Assembly: GCA_964494385.1 (NCBI GenBank)
Contig: CAZBSE010000006.1
Location: 1-63,204 of the forward strand
From: an uncultured Actinomycetota bacterium
GTDB lineage: Bacteria; Actinomycetota; Humimicrobiia; Humimicrobiales; Humimicrobiaceae
Direction: 5' to 3'
Length of the DNA: 63,204 nt
The notes below the pieces were generated by a model that was not told the origin of the DNA, did not search any database, and was given only the letters and a program-made list of their open reading frames with translations. Numbering within the stretch: the first letter of the stretch is position 1; every line of letters begins with the position of its first letter. Made by a program: the position numbers and the translations under genes. This document shows positions 18,857 through 29,015 of the stretch, in pieces.

Positions 18857-19903
18857 ATGGGAAATGAAGAGAAGATTGTAGGAGAATTAAAAAATAAAAT
18901 AAATATTGAACTGAGCAGTTTTAATAAAGAACTGGGAAAGGCTAAGAATTTAACCGAACTGGGAAAGATCAGGACAGAATTTACCGGTAAGAAGAGTTTT
19001 ATAAGCAGTACTTTAAAAAATATAGGTAATTTACCAAATGGAATCAAACCACTGGTCGGAAAAAATTTAAATATCGCCAGGAAAGAAATAGAATCAGATA
19101 TTCTGGAAAAAGAAAAAATCTTCAAGGACATAGAATATAACAATACGCTGAAAAAGGAGATTTTGGACCTGTCATTGCCGGGGAGATTAATCGGCAGTGG
19201 TAGAAAAAATATAATTTCACAGGTAGTTGAAGAAATAGAGCAGGTTTTCATAGGAATGGGATTTAAAATAGCGGAAGGTCCGGAAGTAGAAACAGATTAT
19301 TATAATTTTGAAGCATTGAATACTCCGAAGGACCATCCTGCAAGATCACTGCATGATACCTTTTTTATTTCCGAAGATATCCTTTTAAGAACACATACTT
19401 CACCGGTTCAGATAAGATATATGGAAAACCACAAACCTCCCTTACTAATAATAGTCCCGGGGAAAGCTTATAGGAGAGATTATGATGTTTCTCATACCCC
19501 TATGTTTACACAGATAGAGGGACTTGTGGTAGATAAGGATATAAATTTTAGTAATCTTAAATGGACACTTGAAACTTTTGCACATGAAATTTTTGGGAAG
19601 GAAAGGAAAGTGAGGTTTAGGCCCCATTACTTTCCTTTCACGGAACCCAGTGTTGAAGTGGATGTTTCCTGCAATATATGTGGCGGAATAGGGTGCAGAG
19701 TATGCTCGAACTCCGGATGGCTTGAAATCCTGGGGGCAGGGATGGTAGACCCTAACTTATATTCCTTTGTAGGATATAACCCGGAAGAAGTCAGCGGCTT
19801 TGCATTCGGAATGGGTATAGAAAGAATTTGTATGCTAAAATACGGCATTGATGATTTAAGACTATTCTTCGAGAACGACCTAAGATTTCTAAAACAATTT
19901 TAA
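18857..19903 (+). CDS. pheS: Phenylalanine--tRNA ligase alpha subunit
   Basis: 'HPARSLHDTF', 'LLRTHTSPVQ', 'YFPFTEPS', 'GFAFGMGIER'. Confidence 0.97.
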   Translation: MGNEEKIVGELKNKINIELSSFNKELGKAKNLTELGKIRTEFTGKKSFISSTLKNIGNLPNGIKPLVGKNLNIARKEIESDILEKEKIFKDIEYNNTLKKEILDLSLPGRLIGSGRKNIISQVVEEIEQVFIGMGFKIAEGPEVETDYYNFEALNTPKDHPARSLHDTFFISEDILLRTHTSPVQIRYMENHKPPLLIIVPGKAYRRDYDVSHTPMFTQIEGLVVDKDINFSNLKWTLETFAHEIFGKERKVRFRPHYFPFTEPSVEVDVSCNICGGIGCRVCSNSGWLEILGAGMVDPNLYSFVGYNPEEVSGFAFGMGIERICMLKYGIDDLRLFFENDLRFLKQF

Positions 19904-20000
19904 ATTCCAATATTATTTGTGGCATCCATGGATATCAATTGTGTAATTTTTAAAAAGCTTCTGCGGAATTAAAAGTTTAACGGAGGGGAAAACACTTAAG

Positions 20001-22406
20001 TTGAAAGTAACATTAAACTGGCTAAACGAGTTTTTAAATCCTAAAAGCCTTGAACCCGAGAGTATAGCAGGGGCTCTTACTATGAGCGGGACCGAGGTTA
20101 AGAAAGTCAAATATATGGGAGACAAATATAAAGGGATAATTGTCGGCAGGATCACCGGTATATCACCTCATCCTGATGCAGATAAGCTTTCATTGTGCGA
20201 AGTGGATATTGGCCCGGAAAAGTTAAAAATAGTATGCGGCGCCAGTAATTTTAAAAAAGAAGACAGAGTTGCGGTAGCTACGGAAGGCTCAAAAATTAAA
20301 GATATAACCATTAAAAAAAGCAAAATAAGGGGACAGATCTCCGAAGGGATGATGTGTTCTGAAGTGGAATTGGGTCTTTCTTCTGAATCGGAAGGAATAA
20401 TGGTTCTAGATAAAAACAGCAGAATAGGTGAGGAATTTTCGAAATCGGTAGGTCTGGATGATATCGTTTTAGAATTAGAAATTACACCCAATCGTCCTGA
20501 TTGTTTAAGCGTGATAGGAATTGCCAGGGAGATAAGTGCATTAACCGGTGCAGATCTGGTAATTAAAGATTACAATTTTAAAGAAAAGCTTAATGCGGAT
20601 TCTGATTTTAAAATCGATATAAAGGATTATACTTTTTGCCCCAGATATTCGGCAAGGATATTTAAAAATGTCCCGGCAGTTAAATCACCCTGGTGGATGA
20701 GAAACAGGCTTATGATGTGCGATGTAAGACCTGTCGACCTGATTGTTGATCTTACAAATTATGTTATGCTGGAAACTGGCCAGCCGTTACATGCTTTCGA
20801 CAAAGATCTTCTGTATTCAGATAAGATTATAGTAAGAAATGCCATAAACGGGGAAAAAATAGAAACGATTGATGATTCAATAAGAACACTGGATGGAGAC
20901 GCAATAGTAATAGCAGACGAGAAAAAAGCCGTGGCTATTGCAGGCATTATGGGCGGGAAAGGCACAGAGATAAATGAGGATACAAAAAATGTCCTGCTGG
21001 AATCAGCTAATTTTTACGGACCTTCCATAATGAAAACTTCCAAAAAAATAGGTCTTAGGACCGAAGCGTCAAATAGATTTGAGAAAAAGATTGATCCTAT
21101 GCTTACGGTAACAGCCATAAAAAGGTTTAGCGATCTACTGGAAAGAATAACCAATTTTAAGGCAGATGGATCAATATATGATAATTATAAAGGAATAATA
21201 AGGGAAAGAAAAATTAGTTTAAGGGTAAATAAAGTAAAAAAGGTTCTGGGAAAGGATATTGACGCAGTTTTAATTTCCGATATTCTTGCCAGATTAAAAA
21301 TAAAAAATAAATTAAAAGACTATGCTATAGAAGCGGAAGTCCCTTCTTTTAGATATGAGGATCTTGAAAGGGAAATCGATCTCATAGAAGAAATTGCCAG
21401 AATTTACGGATATAATAAAATAGACCCCATTCCAACCGCTGCGAGTGACAGGCGGGGGAAATACAGCAAGTATCAGAAAGCAGTTAAAAATATAAGACAG
21501 TCCCTATGCGACATAGGACTGATTGAAGTCATAAACTATTCTTTTATCGGAGATGATGCACTTATGAAATGCAGGGTAAATCTGGAAAAGGAATATAATC
21601 AGAATGTAGAGATAATCAATCCCATAAACGAAGAGTTTAGGATACTAAGGCCAATTCTTATGCCGGCTCTTATAAAAAATATTAAAGATAATGTAAGCTG
21701 CAGTATAAGAGACATGGGAATATTTGAAATATCCAGAACCTTTAAGAAAAATAATTCCGGTAAAATGCCTTTTGAGTCAAATAGGCTGGGAGTAATGCTA
21801 ACGGGCAGATCGATTATTAAAGGATGGAATGAAAAGGAAAGAGCTTTTGATTTTTTTGACCTGAAAGGTGTGCTGGAATTTATATGCAGGATGTATTATC
21901 CGGAAGAAAATTTAAAAATAAAGGAGAAGGAGTATAAATTTTTTCATCCCAGGATCAGCGCCGATATAAATATCGGCGGTATGAATATAGGAATAATCGG
22001 TAAAATTCATCCAATGGTTATAGAAGAAAATGAAATCGGCCAGGATATTTATTATATGGAAATAAATATGGAAAAATTTATAGATAATACAGAGGAATTC
22101 AGAGAATATGAGGATGTGGCACAATTTCCATCTATAGATATTGATCTGGCGATAGTAGTTGATCAGAAAGTAAAAAACGAAGATATTATAGGTGAAATCA
22201 AAAAAAGCGGGACGAAATTATTAAAAGAGGTAAGGCTTTTTGATATATATAGAGGAGCGCAGATAGAGAAAAATAAAAAAAGCATGGCTTACTCTCTTAA
22301 TTTCAGAGATAGTGCCAGGACCTTAAAGGATACGGAAACAGAAATAATAATAAACAGAATACTGGAGAATCTGGGCAAGAAATTTAATGCAAAAATTAGA
22401 GAATAA
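20001..22406 (+). CDS. pheT: Phenylalanine--tRNA ligase beta subunit
   Basis: 'HPDADKL', 'IVCGA', 'ITPNRPDCLS', 'GQPLHAFD', 'DLIEEIARIYGY', C-terminal FDX-ACB. Confidence 0.97.
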   Translation: MKVTLNWLNEFLNPKSLEPESIAGALTMSGTEVKKVKYMGDKYKGIIVGRITGISPHPDADKLSLCEVDIGPEKLKIVCGASNFKKEDRVAVATEGSKIKDITIKKSKIRGQISEGMMCSEVELGLSSESEGIMVLDKNSRIGEEFSKSVGLDDIVLELEITPNRPDCLSVIGIAREISALTGADLVIKDYNFKEKLNADSDFKIDIKDYTFCPRYSARIFKNVPAVKSPWWMRNRLMMCDVRPVDLIVDLTNYVMLETGQPLHAFDKDLLYSDKIIVRNAINGEKIETIDDSIRTLDGDAIVIADEKKAVAIAGIMGGKGTEINEDTKNVLLESANFYGPSIMKTSKKIGLRTEASNRFEKKIDPMLTVTAIKRFSDLLERITNFKADGSIYDNYKGIIRERKISLRVNKVKKVLGKDIDAVLISDILARLKIKNKLKDYAIEAEVPSFRYEDLEREIDLIEEIARIYGYNKIDPIPTAASDRRGKYSKYQKAVKNIRQSLCDIGLIEVINYSFIGDDALMKCRVNLEKEYNQNVEIINPINEEFRILRPILMPALIKNIKDNVSCSIRDMGIFEISRTFKKNNSGKMPFESNRLGVMLTGRSIIKGWNEKERAFDFFDLKGVLEFICRMYYPEENLKIKEKEYKFFHPRISADINIGGMNIGIIGKIHPMVIEENEIGQDIYYMEINMEKFIDNTEEFREYEDVAQFPSIDIDLAIVVDQKVKNEDIIGEIKKSGTKLLKEVRLFDIYRGAQIEKNKKSMAYSLNFRDSARTLKDTETEIIINRILENLGKKFNAKIRE

Positions 22407-22413
22407 GTAATAA

Positions 22414-23142
22414 ATGATAATTGAATTTCCGGGTACAAGGGGAGAGATTGAAGAAAGCAGTAAAAAACACAAATACCACTCGTCCTTAATAGTCAGTTAC
22501 AAATATACAAATATTCTCGTTGATTTTGGAGCGAAGTATAATCCAGAATTATTAAATGAAATAAAAAAGCTGGACTTCATTTTAATAACCCATGCTCATC
22601 CCGATCATTACATATGGACATTTAAGCGTGAGGATGAAATAGATATTCCGGTATACTTGACTGCGGATACCCTGAACTATAGTAATAACAAGCCCCGGAC
22701 CTATAAAATAATAAAAGCAGGCAGGAAATATAATCTAAAAGACCTGGAAATAAAAGCGTATAAAGTAATGCATTCGTTGAATTGTCCGGCAGTGGGTTAC
22801 AGAATAAGGGGAGACAGAACTATTGTATATGCTCCGGATATCCTTGATTTTGAAGGGGATAAAAAAGAGGTTCTGAAAGGTATCGACCTGCTTATAGCTG
22901 ACGGGTCCAGTGTAAATATAAATATGGTGAGAAGAAAAAATAACAGACTGTTCGGACATACCATGATAAGGACAATAATAGGCTGGTGCAAAAAATATGG
23001 AATTACAAAATTAGTAATAACTCACTGCGGTAAACAGATATTAAATATGGATAGCAGGGAACTGAGAGACAGACTGGAAGAATATTCGGAAGGAAGAGTT
23101 GATGTAACGGTAGCTTATGACGGATACAGGATGAAATTGTAA
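22414..23142 (+). CDS. MBL-fold metallo-hydrolase
   Basis: 'ILITHAHPDH' (HxHxDH), 'VMHS', 'YAPD', 'ITHCG', 'VAYDG'. Confidence 0.85.
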   Translation: MIIEFPGTRGEIEESSKKHKYHSSLIVSYKYTNILVDFGAKYNPELLNEIKKLDFILITHAHPDHYIWTFKREDEIDIPVYLTADTLNYSNNKPRTYKIIKAGRKYNLKDLEIKAYKVMHSLNCPAVGYRIRGDRTIVYAPDILDFEGDKKEVLKGIDLLIADGSSVNINMVRRKNNRLFGHTMIRTIIGWCKKYGITKLVITHCGKQILNMDSRELRDRLEEYSEGRVDVTVAYDGYRMKL

Positions 23143-23276
23143 GAAGATTAAAAAAATAATTATAAAGGAATTTCTGCTAAAGTAAGGAACTAAAAAAATA
23201 AAAGTGTTTTAATTCTCCATATTCTCTTCATTTTTCTTTTATATAATTTCCTCTAAAAAATTAAAAAGGGGAAATT

Positions 23277-24791
23277 ATGATTACCGGAAGAAGAAAAATT
23301 ATATCATATTCAGCTTATTTATTAACCATAATTTTAATATCGGTTATTTCGGTATCCTGTATGGGTGGTATGGGACCGTTTGCCGGTACTGCAGGCGAAG
23401 AGATAAATGATAATGGTATCGAAACATTTGAAGTTCGGAGAGGAGATATCTTTCAAATTGTGTCAACTACAGGATCGATATATTCAAATATTCAAAATAA
23501 TTATTCCATGCAGGGTTCAGGTGAAATAATATCTGCTATGGAGAAAGGTGATTCTTTCAAAAAAGGAGATATATTGGTAGAGTTGGACAAATCAGAAGGA
23601 ATGGAAAGCATTTCTCAAATGGAAAAAGATATAGAATTATCAGAAATTTCACTGGATGCAGCAAAACTTAATTATCAGAGTGCTCTGGATTCAAATCATA
23701 TAGCCGTTCAGCTTGCAGGGATTAATACGGAACAGGCGGAAAAATCAACAGAGGCGGCACTGGATTCTCTGGAAGATGCTAATAGTAATGCAAAGTTATC
23801 TTATGAAAATTCAGTTAATTCACTGGAGAATACAGAAGATTCAGCCTACTGGTCCATGCTAAGTGCAAAAAGTTCACTGGAAGAAGCAGAAAGGATTCTG
23901 GCTGCTGATCCCACCGATGAGGTCAAACAGTATAATGTAAAAGCTGCTGAAGAAAAATATGAACTTACAAAGGTTCAGCAAGAATCTAGTATCGAAAGCT
24001 CAGAGAATTCTCTGGGATCTAATAGACTGCAGAATGAATCTTCCGTAAAATCAGCAGAAAATTCGTACCAGCAATCAATTCTAAACCAATCTTCTACTTA
24101 CTGGAATAATTTAGGCAGTTCCCAAAACGCTGAATCACAGATAGTATCAACAAGGCAAAATATAAATAAGGCGGAGATACAACTGGAGCTTGCTAAAATG
24201 AACCTGGAATCGGTAGAAAAGGATCTTATCGGTAACTATACAATTTATGCTCCTTACGATGGGATAGTCATGTCGTCAGATTTTAGAACGGGAAACTATA
24301 ATAGCGGAAATATGATTTCTATAATTAGTAATGATTTTATAATAAAAGCGACTATAGGGGAAACTGATTTTCCAAAAGTTTCTACGGGCAATGAGGCATA
24401 TATTACCCTTGATGCTTATCCTGATAGCCAGTTTTCAGGAAAAGTTGAAAAAGTTATACCTATTTCAACGGATGACAGCGGAATAATTAATTTCGAAATA
24501 ATGATTAATTTTAATGATAATAATGAGTTTGAAATATTCTATGGATTTTCGGCCAATATTGATATTGTTACAGAAAAGGCAGATAATATTTTATTTGTAC
24601 CAATACAAGCGGTGTATAAAGAGGGTGATAAAAGTTATGTGGATCTACTGTTATCTGATGAAACACAGCCGGAAAATATAGCCGAGTCTGTAAATAAGGT
24701 AGAAGTCAATACGGGGATAAATGATTATTATTATATAGAAATAACTTCAGGGTTAAAAGAAGGAGATATAATAATAACATCGAGAATATAA
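23277..24791 (+). CDS. Membrane-fusion (MacA/YknX-like) adaptor, probable lipoprotein
   Basis: Lipobox-like 'ISVSC', long coiled coil, 'IYAPYDG', 'VPIQAV', 'ITSGLKEGD'. Confidence 0.85.
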   Translation: MITGRRKIISYSAYLLTIILISVISVSCMGGMGPFAGTAGEEINDNGIETFEVRRGDIFQIVSTTGSIYSNIQNNYSMQGSGEIISAMEKGDSFKKGDILVELDKSEGMESISQMEKDIELSEISLDAAKLNYQSALDSNHIAVQLAGINTEQAEKSTEAALDSLEDANSNAKLSYENSVNSLENTEDSAYWSMLSAKSSLEEAERILAADPTDEVKQYNVKAAEEKYELTKVQQESSIESSENSLGSNRLQNESSVKSAENSYQQSILNQSSTYWNNLGSSQNAESQIVSTRQNINKAEIQLELAKMNLESVEKDLIGNYTIYAPYDGIVMSSDFRTGNYNSGNMISIISNDFIIKATIGETDFPKVSTGNEAYITLDAYPDSQFSGKVEKVIPISTDDSGIINFEIMINFNDNNEFEIFYGFSANIDIVTEKADNILFVPIQAVYKEGDKSYVDLLLSDETQPENIAESVNKVEVNTGINDYYYIEITSGLKEGDIIITSRI

Positions 24792-24817
24792 AATTTTTTA
24801 AGGAGATAAATTAAAAT

Positions 24818-25594
24818 ATGGAAGAAAAAATTATAGATATCAAAAAAGTTACCAAGATATATAAAATTGGAAACGTAAAGGTAAATGCTTTAAGTGGTAT
24901 AGATCTGGAAGTGAGAAAAGGCGAGTTTCTTTCCATAATGGGGCCTTCGGGTTCAGGTAAATCTACATTAATGAATATACTCGGATGCCTGGATACACCG
25001 ACTTCAGGATCTTATCTTCTGGAAGATGTTGATGTTTCCAAATTAAATGATAATCAGCTTGCAGAAATAAGAAATAAAAAAATTGGGTTTGTATTTCAGA
25101 CTTTTAATTTGCTGCCGAGAACCAATATTGTAGGAAATGTGGAACTTCCTTTGATTTATTCTAAAGGAAAATTATTTAAATCAAGAAGGGAAATGATAAT
25201 AGATGTAATAAATTCGGTAGGATTAAAAGAATGGGAGAAACACAGACCCAGTGAATTATCGGGTGGACAAAGACAGCGGGTCGCAATTGCCAGAGCCCTA
25301 ATAAATGATCCTACTATAATACTTGCTGATGAGCCTACAGGTAATCTGGATTCAAGAACCGGAGAAGAAATAATGGCCATTTTTCAGGAATTAAACAAGC
25401 GGGATAAAACTATTTTATTTGTAACACATGAAATTGACCTGGCAAGGCATGCCGGAAGAATAATTTATTTAAAAGACGGTTCCATTACAGGTGAAGAAAA
25501 GATACGGGAACCAATAAATGCAAAGAAAAAGTTAGAAAAAATGCCAAAACTGGAGGATAAAATAAATAGTATAGAGGAGAATAATTCGCAATGA
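24818..25594 (+). CDS. MacB/LolD-type ABC ATP-binding protein
   Basis: [33 protein letters not shown]. Confidence 0.93.
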   Translation: MEEKIIDIKKVTKIYKIGNVKVNALSGIDLEVRKGEFLSIMGPSGSGKSTLMNILGCLDTPTSGSYLLEDVDVSKLNDNQLAEIRNKKIGFVFQTFNLLPRTNIVGNVELPLIYSKGKLFKSRREMIIDVINSVGLKEWEKHRPSELSGGQRQRVAIARALINDPTIILADEPTGNLDSRTGEEIMAIFQELNKRDKTILFVTHEIDLARHAGRIIYLKDGSITGEEKIREPINAKKKLEKMPKLEDKINSIEENNSQ

Positions 25595-26916
25595 GGAGGA
25601 TACTTGAGAATGTAAAAATAGCTTTTAAGTCTTTAGGTTTGAATAAATTAAGGTCTTTTCTGACTATGCTTGGAATAATAATAGGGGTAGGTTCCGTAGT
25701 AGCGGTGATGTCTGTGGGAGCAGGTGCAGAAGCCTCTATAACCGAAAATATTCAAAGTATGGGTACAAATGTAATTACTATTTCTCCGGGAAGGGAACAG
25801 GTATCTGCAGGCAATAGAGAAATGAGCATTGAATCAAATGAAAACCTGTCTGGCGGTATGGAAATAAGGATGGGATCGGGTGCAAATCAAAATAACGGCT
25901 TTATGAACGGATTTATAGAAGAAGAGGAAGAAATAGTAGAAGGAGAGTTGTATCTGGAGGATGTATATGCGTTAAAAGAAGAAGCAGGACTGCTTAGAGA
26001 AGTTGTACCTGTCTTAAGCGGCAATGCCGATATTTCTTATATGAGCTGGAATGTAAATTCAAGTGTAACTGCCACTACTGAAGATTATATAACCATGCAG
26101 GATTATAATCTGGATGAGGGGAATTTCTTTACATCCGGTGACGTAGCCAATTTATCCAGTGTTGCGGTCCTGGGATACAATGTGGTGAATGATTATTTCG
26201 GAAAGACCGATCCTATAGGTGAAATTATAAAAATAAATGGCAAAAATTTTACGGTAATGGGAACACTGGAAACAGTAGGTTATACTTTTGGTATGAGTCC
26301 TGATAATTCCATATATATACCCATTACTACTGCACAAAATAAAATCTATGGCACAGATACTGTCAATCAGATAATGGCCAAAGTTGAAAGTGAAGAAGTT
26401 ATCGATCAGGCCATTGAAGAATCAAAATCAATACTTAGAATGCAGCACCACATATTACCAGGAGAAAGCAATGATTTTGAAATAAGAAGCTCGGCACAAC
26501 TGCTGGAAGTCGCAAGTTCGATAACAGATATACTGGTCATTACTCTGGCCAGTATTGCTGCAATTTCACTTCTGGTTGGAGGGATAGGAATTATGAATAT
26601 CATGTTTGTATCTGTAACTGAAAGAACCAGAGAGATTGGCATAAGAAAAGCAATAGGCGCAAAGAACAAGGACATTCTGGTACAATTTCTAACTGAAAGT
26701 ATGGTATTAAGCCTATCCGGTGGAATTGTAGGATTAGGATTTGCAGCTATTGTGACCTGGATACTAAGTGCTTTTGTTGGCTTAAGTTCAATAATTAATG
26801 CTTCTCCAGTAATTTTAGCTTTATCTTTTTCTACAGTAATTGGTCTGGTATTCGGGATATTCCCGGCTATGAGAGCAGCGAGGCTAAATCCTATTAATTC
26901 ATTAAGGCATGAATAA
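25591..26916 (+). CDS. MacB/FtsX-family ABC permease
   Basis: 'NKLRSFLTMLGIIIGV', 'VGGIGIMNIM..SVTERTREIGIRKAIGA', 'PAMRAARLNPI'. Confidence 0.93.
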   Translation: MRRILENVKIAFKSLGLNKLRSFLTMLGIIIGVGSVVAVMSVGAGAEASITENIQSMGTNVITISPGREQVSAGNREMSIESNENLSGGMEIRMGSGANQNNGFMNGFIEEEEEIVEGELYLEDVYALKEEAGLLREVVPVLSGNADISYMSWNVNSSVTATTEDYITMQDYNLDEGNFFTSGDVANLSSVAVLGYNVVNDYFGKTDPIGEIIKINGKNFTVMGTLETVGYTFGMSPDNSIYIPITTAQNKIYGTDTVNQIMAKVESEEVIDQAIEESKSILRMQHHILPGESNDFEIRSSAQLLEVASSITDILVITLASIAAISLLVGGIGIMNIMFVSVTERTREIGIRKAIGAKNKDILVQFLTESMVLSLSGGIVGLGFAAIVTWILSAFVGLSSIINASPVILALSFSTVIGLVFGIFPAMRAARLNPINSLRHE

Positions 26917-26979
26917 TTTTTAATGTAAATTTATTTTTAAATTTTAAATATAAAAACCATTAAGTATAAAGATTTATAA

Positions 26980-27675
26980 ATGAAAATTTTAATAATTGAA
27001 GATGAAATTTCAGTGGCAGATAATCTTAAATTAGGGTTTGAACAGCATAAATTTACGGTAGACGTAGCATATAACGGACAGAAAGGCTACCATCTGATAA
27101 AAGATTATGATTATGATATTATAATTCTGGATTTAATGTTGCCTGACATTAAAGGAGAAGATTTATGCAGGAAGATAAGAAAAGAGAAAATAAAAAGCTT
27201 TATCCTGATGTTAACTGCAAAAAAACAGATTGGAAACATTGTAAACGGATTAAATTGCGGAGCAGATGATTACCTTACCAAACCGTTTGAATTTTCCGAG
27301 CTTCTTGCCAGAATAAGAGCCTTGCTGAGGAGAGCCTCAGAAAATAAGGAAAATATATTGAGTACCTTTAATTTAAAAATGGACATTGAAAAGGAACAAG
27401 TTTTTATAAGTGATAAAGAGATAAAACTTACAAAGAAAGAATTTATGATACTTGAGTACCTTTTAAGGTCCAAAGGCCAGCTTTTAAGCCGCAATCAAAT
27501 TCTTGAACATGCCTGGGACAGAAATGTAGATATTTTTACGAATATCGTGGATACACATATTAAAAATTTAAGAAAAAAGTTGGGTGGATACGGCAGGATA
27601 ATTAACATGGTTTACGGTTCAGGCTATAAAATTCTTGACGACAAAGATCAGATAAAAAAAAATTTAAAATGGTGA
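26980..27675 (+). CDS. OmpR/PhoB-family response regulator
   Basis: 'IIEDE', 'ILDLMLP', 'GADDYLTKPF', wHTH 'VDTHIKNLRKKL'. Confidence 0.93.
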   Translation: MKILIIEDEISVADNLKLGFEQHKFTVDVAYNGQKGYHLIKDYDYDIIILDLMLPDIKGEDLCRKIRKEKIKSFILMLTAKKQIGNIVNGLNCGADDYLTKPFEFSELLARIRALLRRASENKENILSTFNLKMDIEKEQVFISDKEIKLTKKEFMILEYLLRSKGQLLSRNQILEHAWDRNVDIFTNIVDTHIKNLRKKLGGYGRIINMVYGSGYKILDDKDQIKKNLKW

Positions 27676-27680
27676 GTTAA

Positions 27681-28850
27681 TTGAAATTAACACTTAGAAG
27701 CAAAATATTACTGTGGTTTGCAATCCTTATACTGATAGCAGTTATACTTTATGGATTTTTAATCTTCTTTGTTTATAGATTTAATTTAATGGGTGAAAGA
27801 TATATGATTGCCCTGAACAAGGATCCGGGACAATATAGATTAATAATCGATAGGTTAAAAGAGCTAAACTATTTTGAGTCTTTTGGCCCGCCGCATCAGC
27901 TGACTATACTCCCTCCGGAATTATTTATGAGAATATTTTTTACCATAACCGGAGGAGTGCTGGCAATAATAATTATTTCGGTATCAGGAGGTTATTTAGT
28001 TCTAAGAAGGATGATGGGGCAGATTGATTTTATAACCAGTAATGTAAGGGAAATTGATGAAAAAAGGTTGCATCTAAGATTAAACCTTAAAGGTAAGGAT
28101 GCTATTTCAAAAATGGGCGGAGTATTTGATGGTATGCTGGATAAAATTGAAAATTCTTTTAAAAATCAAAAACAATTCATACAAAATGCATCACATGAAT
28201 TAAATACTCCTCTTACAGTTATAAAAACTAAAATTGACCTGTTAAAGCAGAAAAAGAATATTGGTGAAAAAGATTATAAAAGTACCATAGAACTTATTGA
28301 TAGTGAGATTATGAGGCTATCCGGAATTACAGAGGAATTATTAACATTATCGGATCTTGAGGAAAATAACAATAAGAGAGAGTTCAATGAAGTTAATTTA
28401 AAATCAATTCTAAACAGGATGCTTAAGGTATTTGAAAATCAAATTAATTCAAAGGATCTTAAGTTAAAAATATATTTTAACGGAGAATTTAAGATATGGG
28501 GGAGTAAATTACAGATGGAGCAATTATTATTCAACCTTTTAGATAACGCCATAAAATACAGTGTTTCCGGCAGTGAGTTAAAAATAAACCTGAAAAATAT
28601 TATTAAACGGAAATTGATAAATCTTACCGTAACAAATACAAGCATGATAATAAAAAGAGAAGACCTGCCTTATATTTTTAAAAGATTCTATAAAAAATCT
28701 GCGGTAAATAACAGGAAAAGCTTCGGACTGGGTCTATCAATCAGTAAAAAAATTGTAGAAAACCATAGCGGCAGCATAAAAGCAAACTACGACGAACATA
28801 GAAAAGAAATAACATTCAAAGTATTTTTACCTAGTTATAAAAAAGTTTAA
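27681..28850 (+). CDS. Sensor histidine kinase (HAMP-HisKA-HATPase)
   Basis: 2 TM, 'NASHELNTPL', 'NLLDNAIKYS', 'GLGLSI'. Confidence 0.92.
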   Translation: MKLTLRSKILLWFAILILIAVILYGFLIFFVYRFNLMGERYMIALNKDPGQYRLIIDRLKELNYFESFGPPHQLTILPPELFMRIFFTITGGVLAIIIISVSGGYLVLRRMMGQIDFITSNVREIDEKRLHLRLNLKGKDAISKMGGVFDGMLDKIENSFKNQKQFIQNASHELNTPLTVIKTKIDLLKQKKNIGEKDYKSTIELIDSEIMRLSGITEELLTLSDLEENNNKREFNEVNLKSILNRMLKVFENQINSKDLKLKIYFNGEFKIWGSKLQMEQLLFNLLDNAIKYSVSGSELKINLKNIIKRKLINLTVTNTSMIIKREDLPYIFKRFYKKSAVNNRKSFGLGLSISKKIVENHSGSIKANYDEHRKEITFKVFLPSYKKV

Positions 28851-29015
28851 AGAAATGCCAAGTGTTTTGAATGTCCGTTTTATTTCTATTTTCTCTTTAT
28901 ATTAGAATAAAAATTGTATTTTAGTAAAGAAATATATTTTACGGCAGATGGTGAATAGTTCAAGAAATTTCAGGAAAGAAAAAATACAGGAATGGAATTA
29001 AATTCTATAATTATT

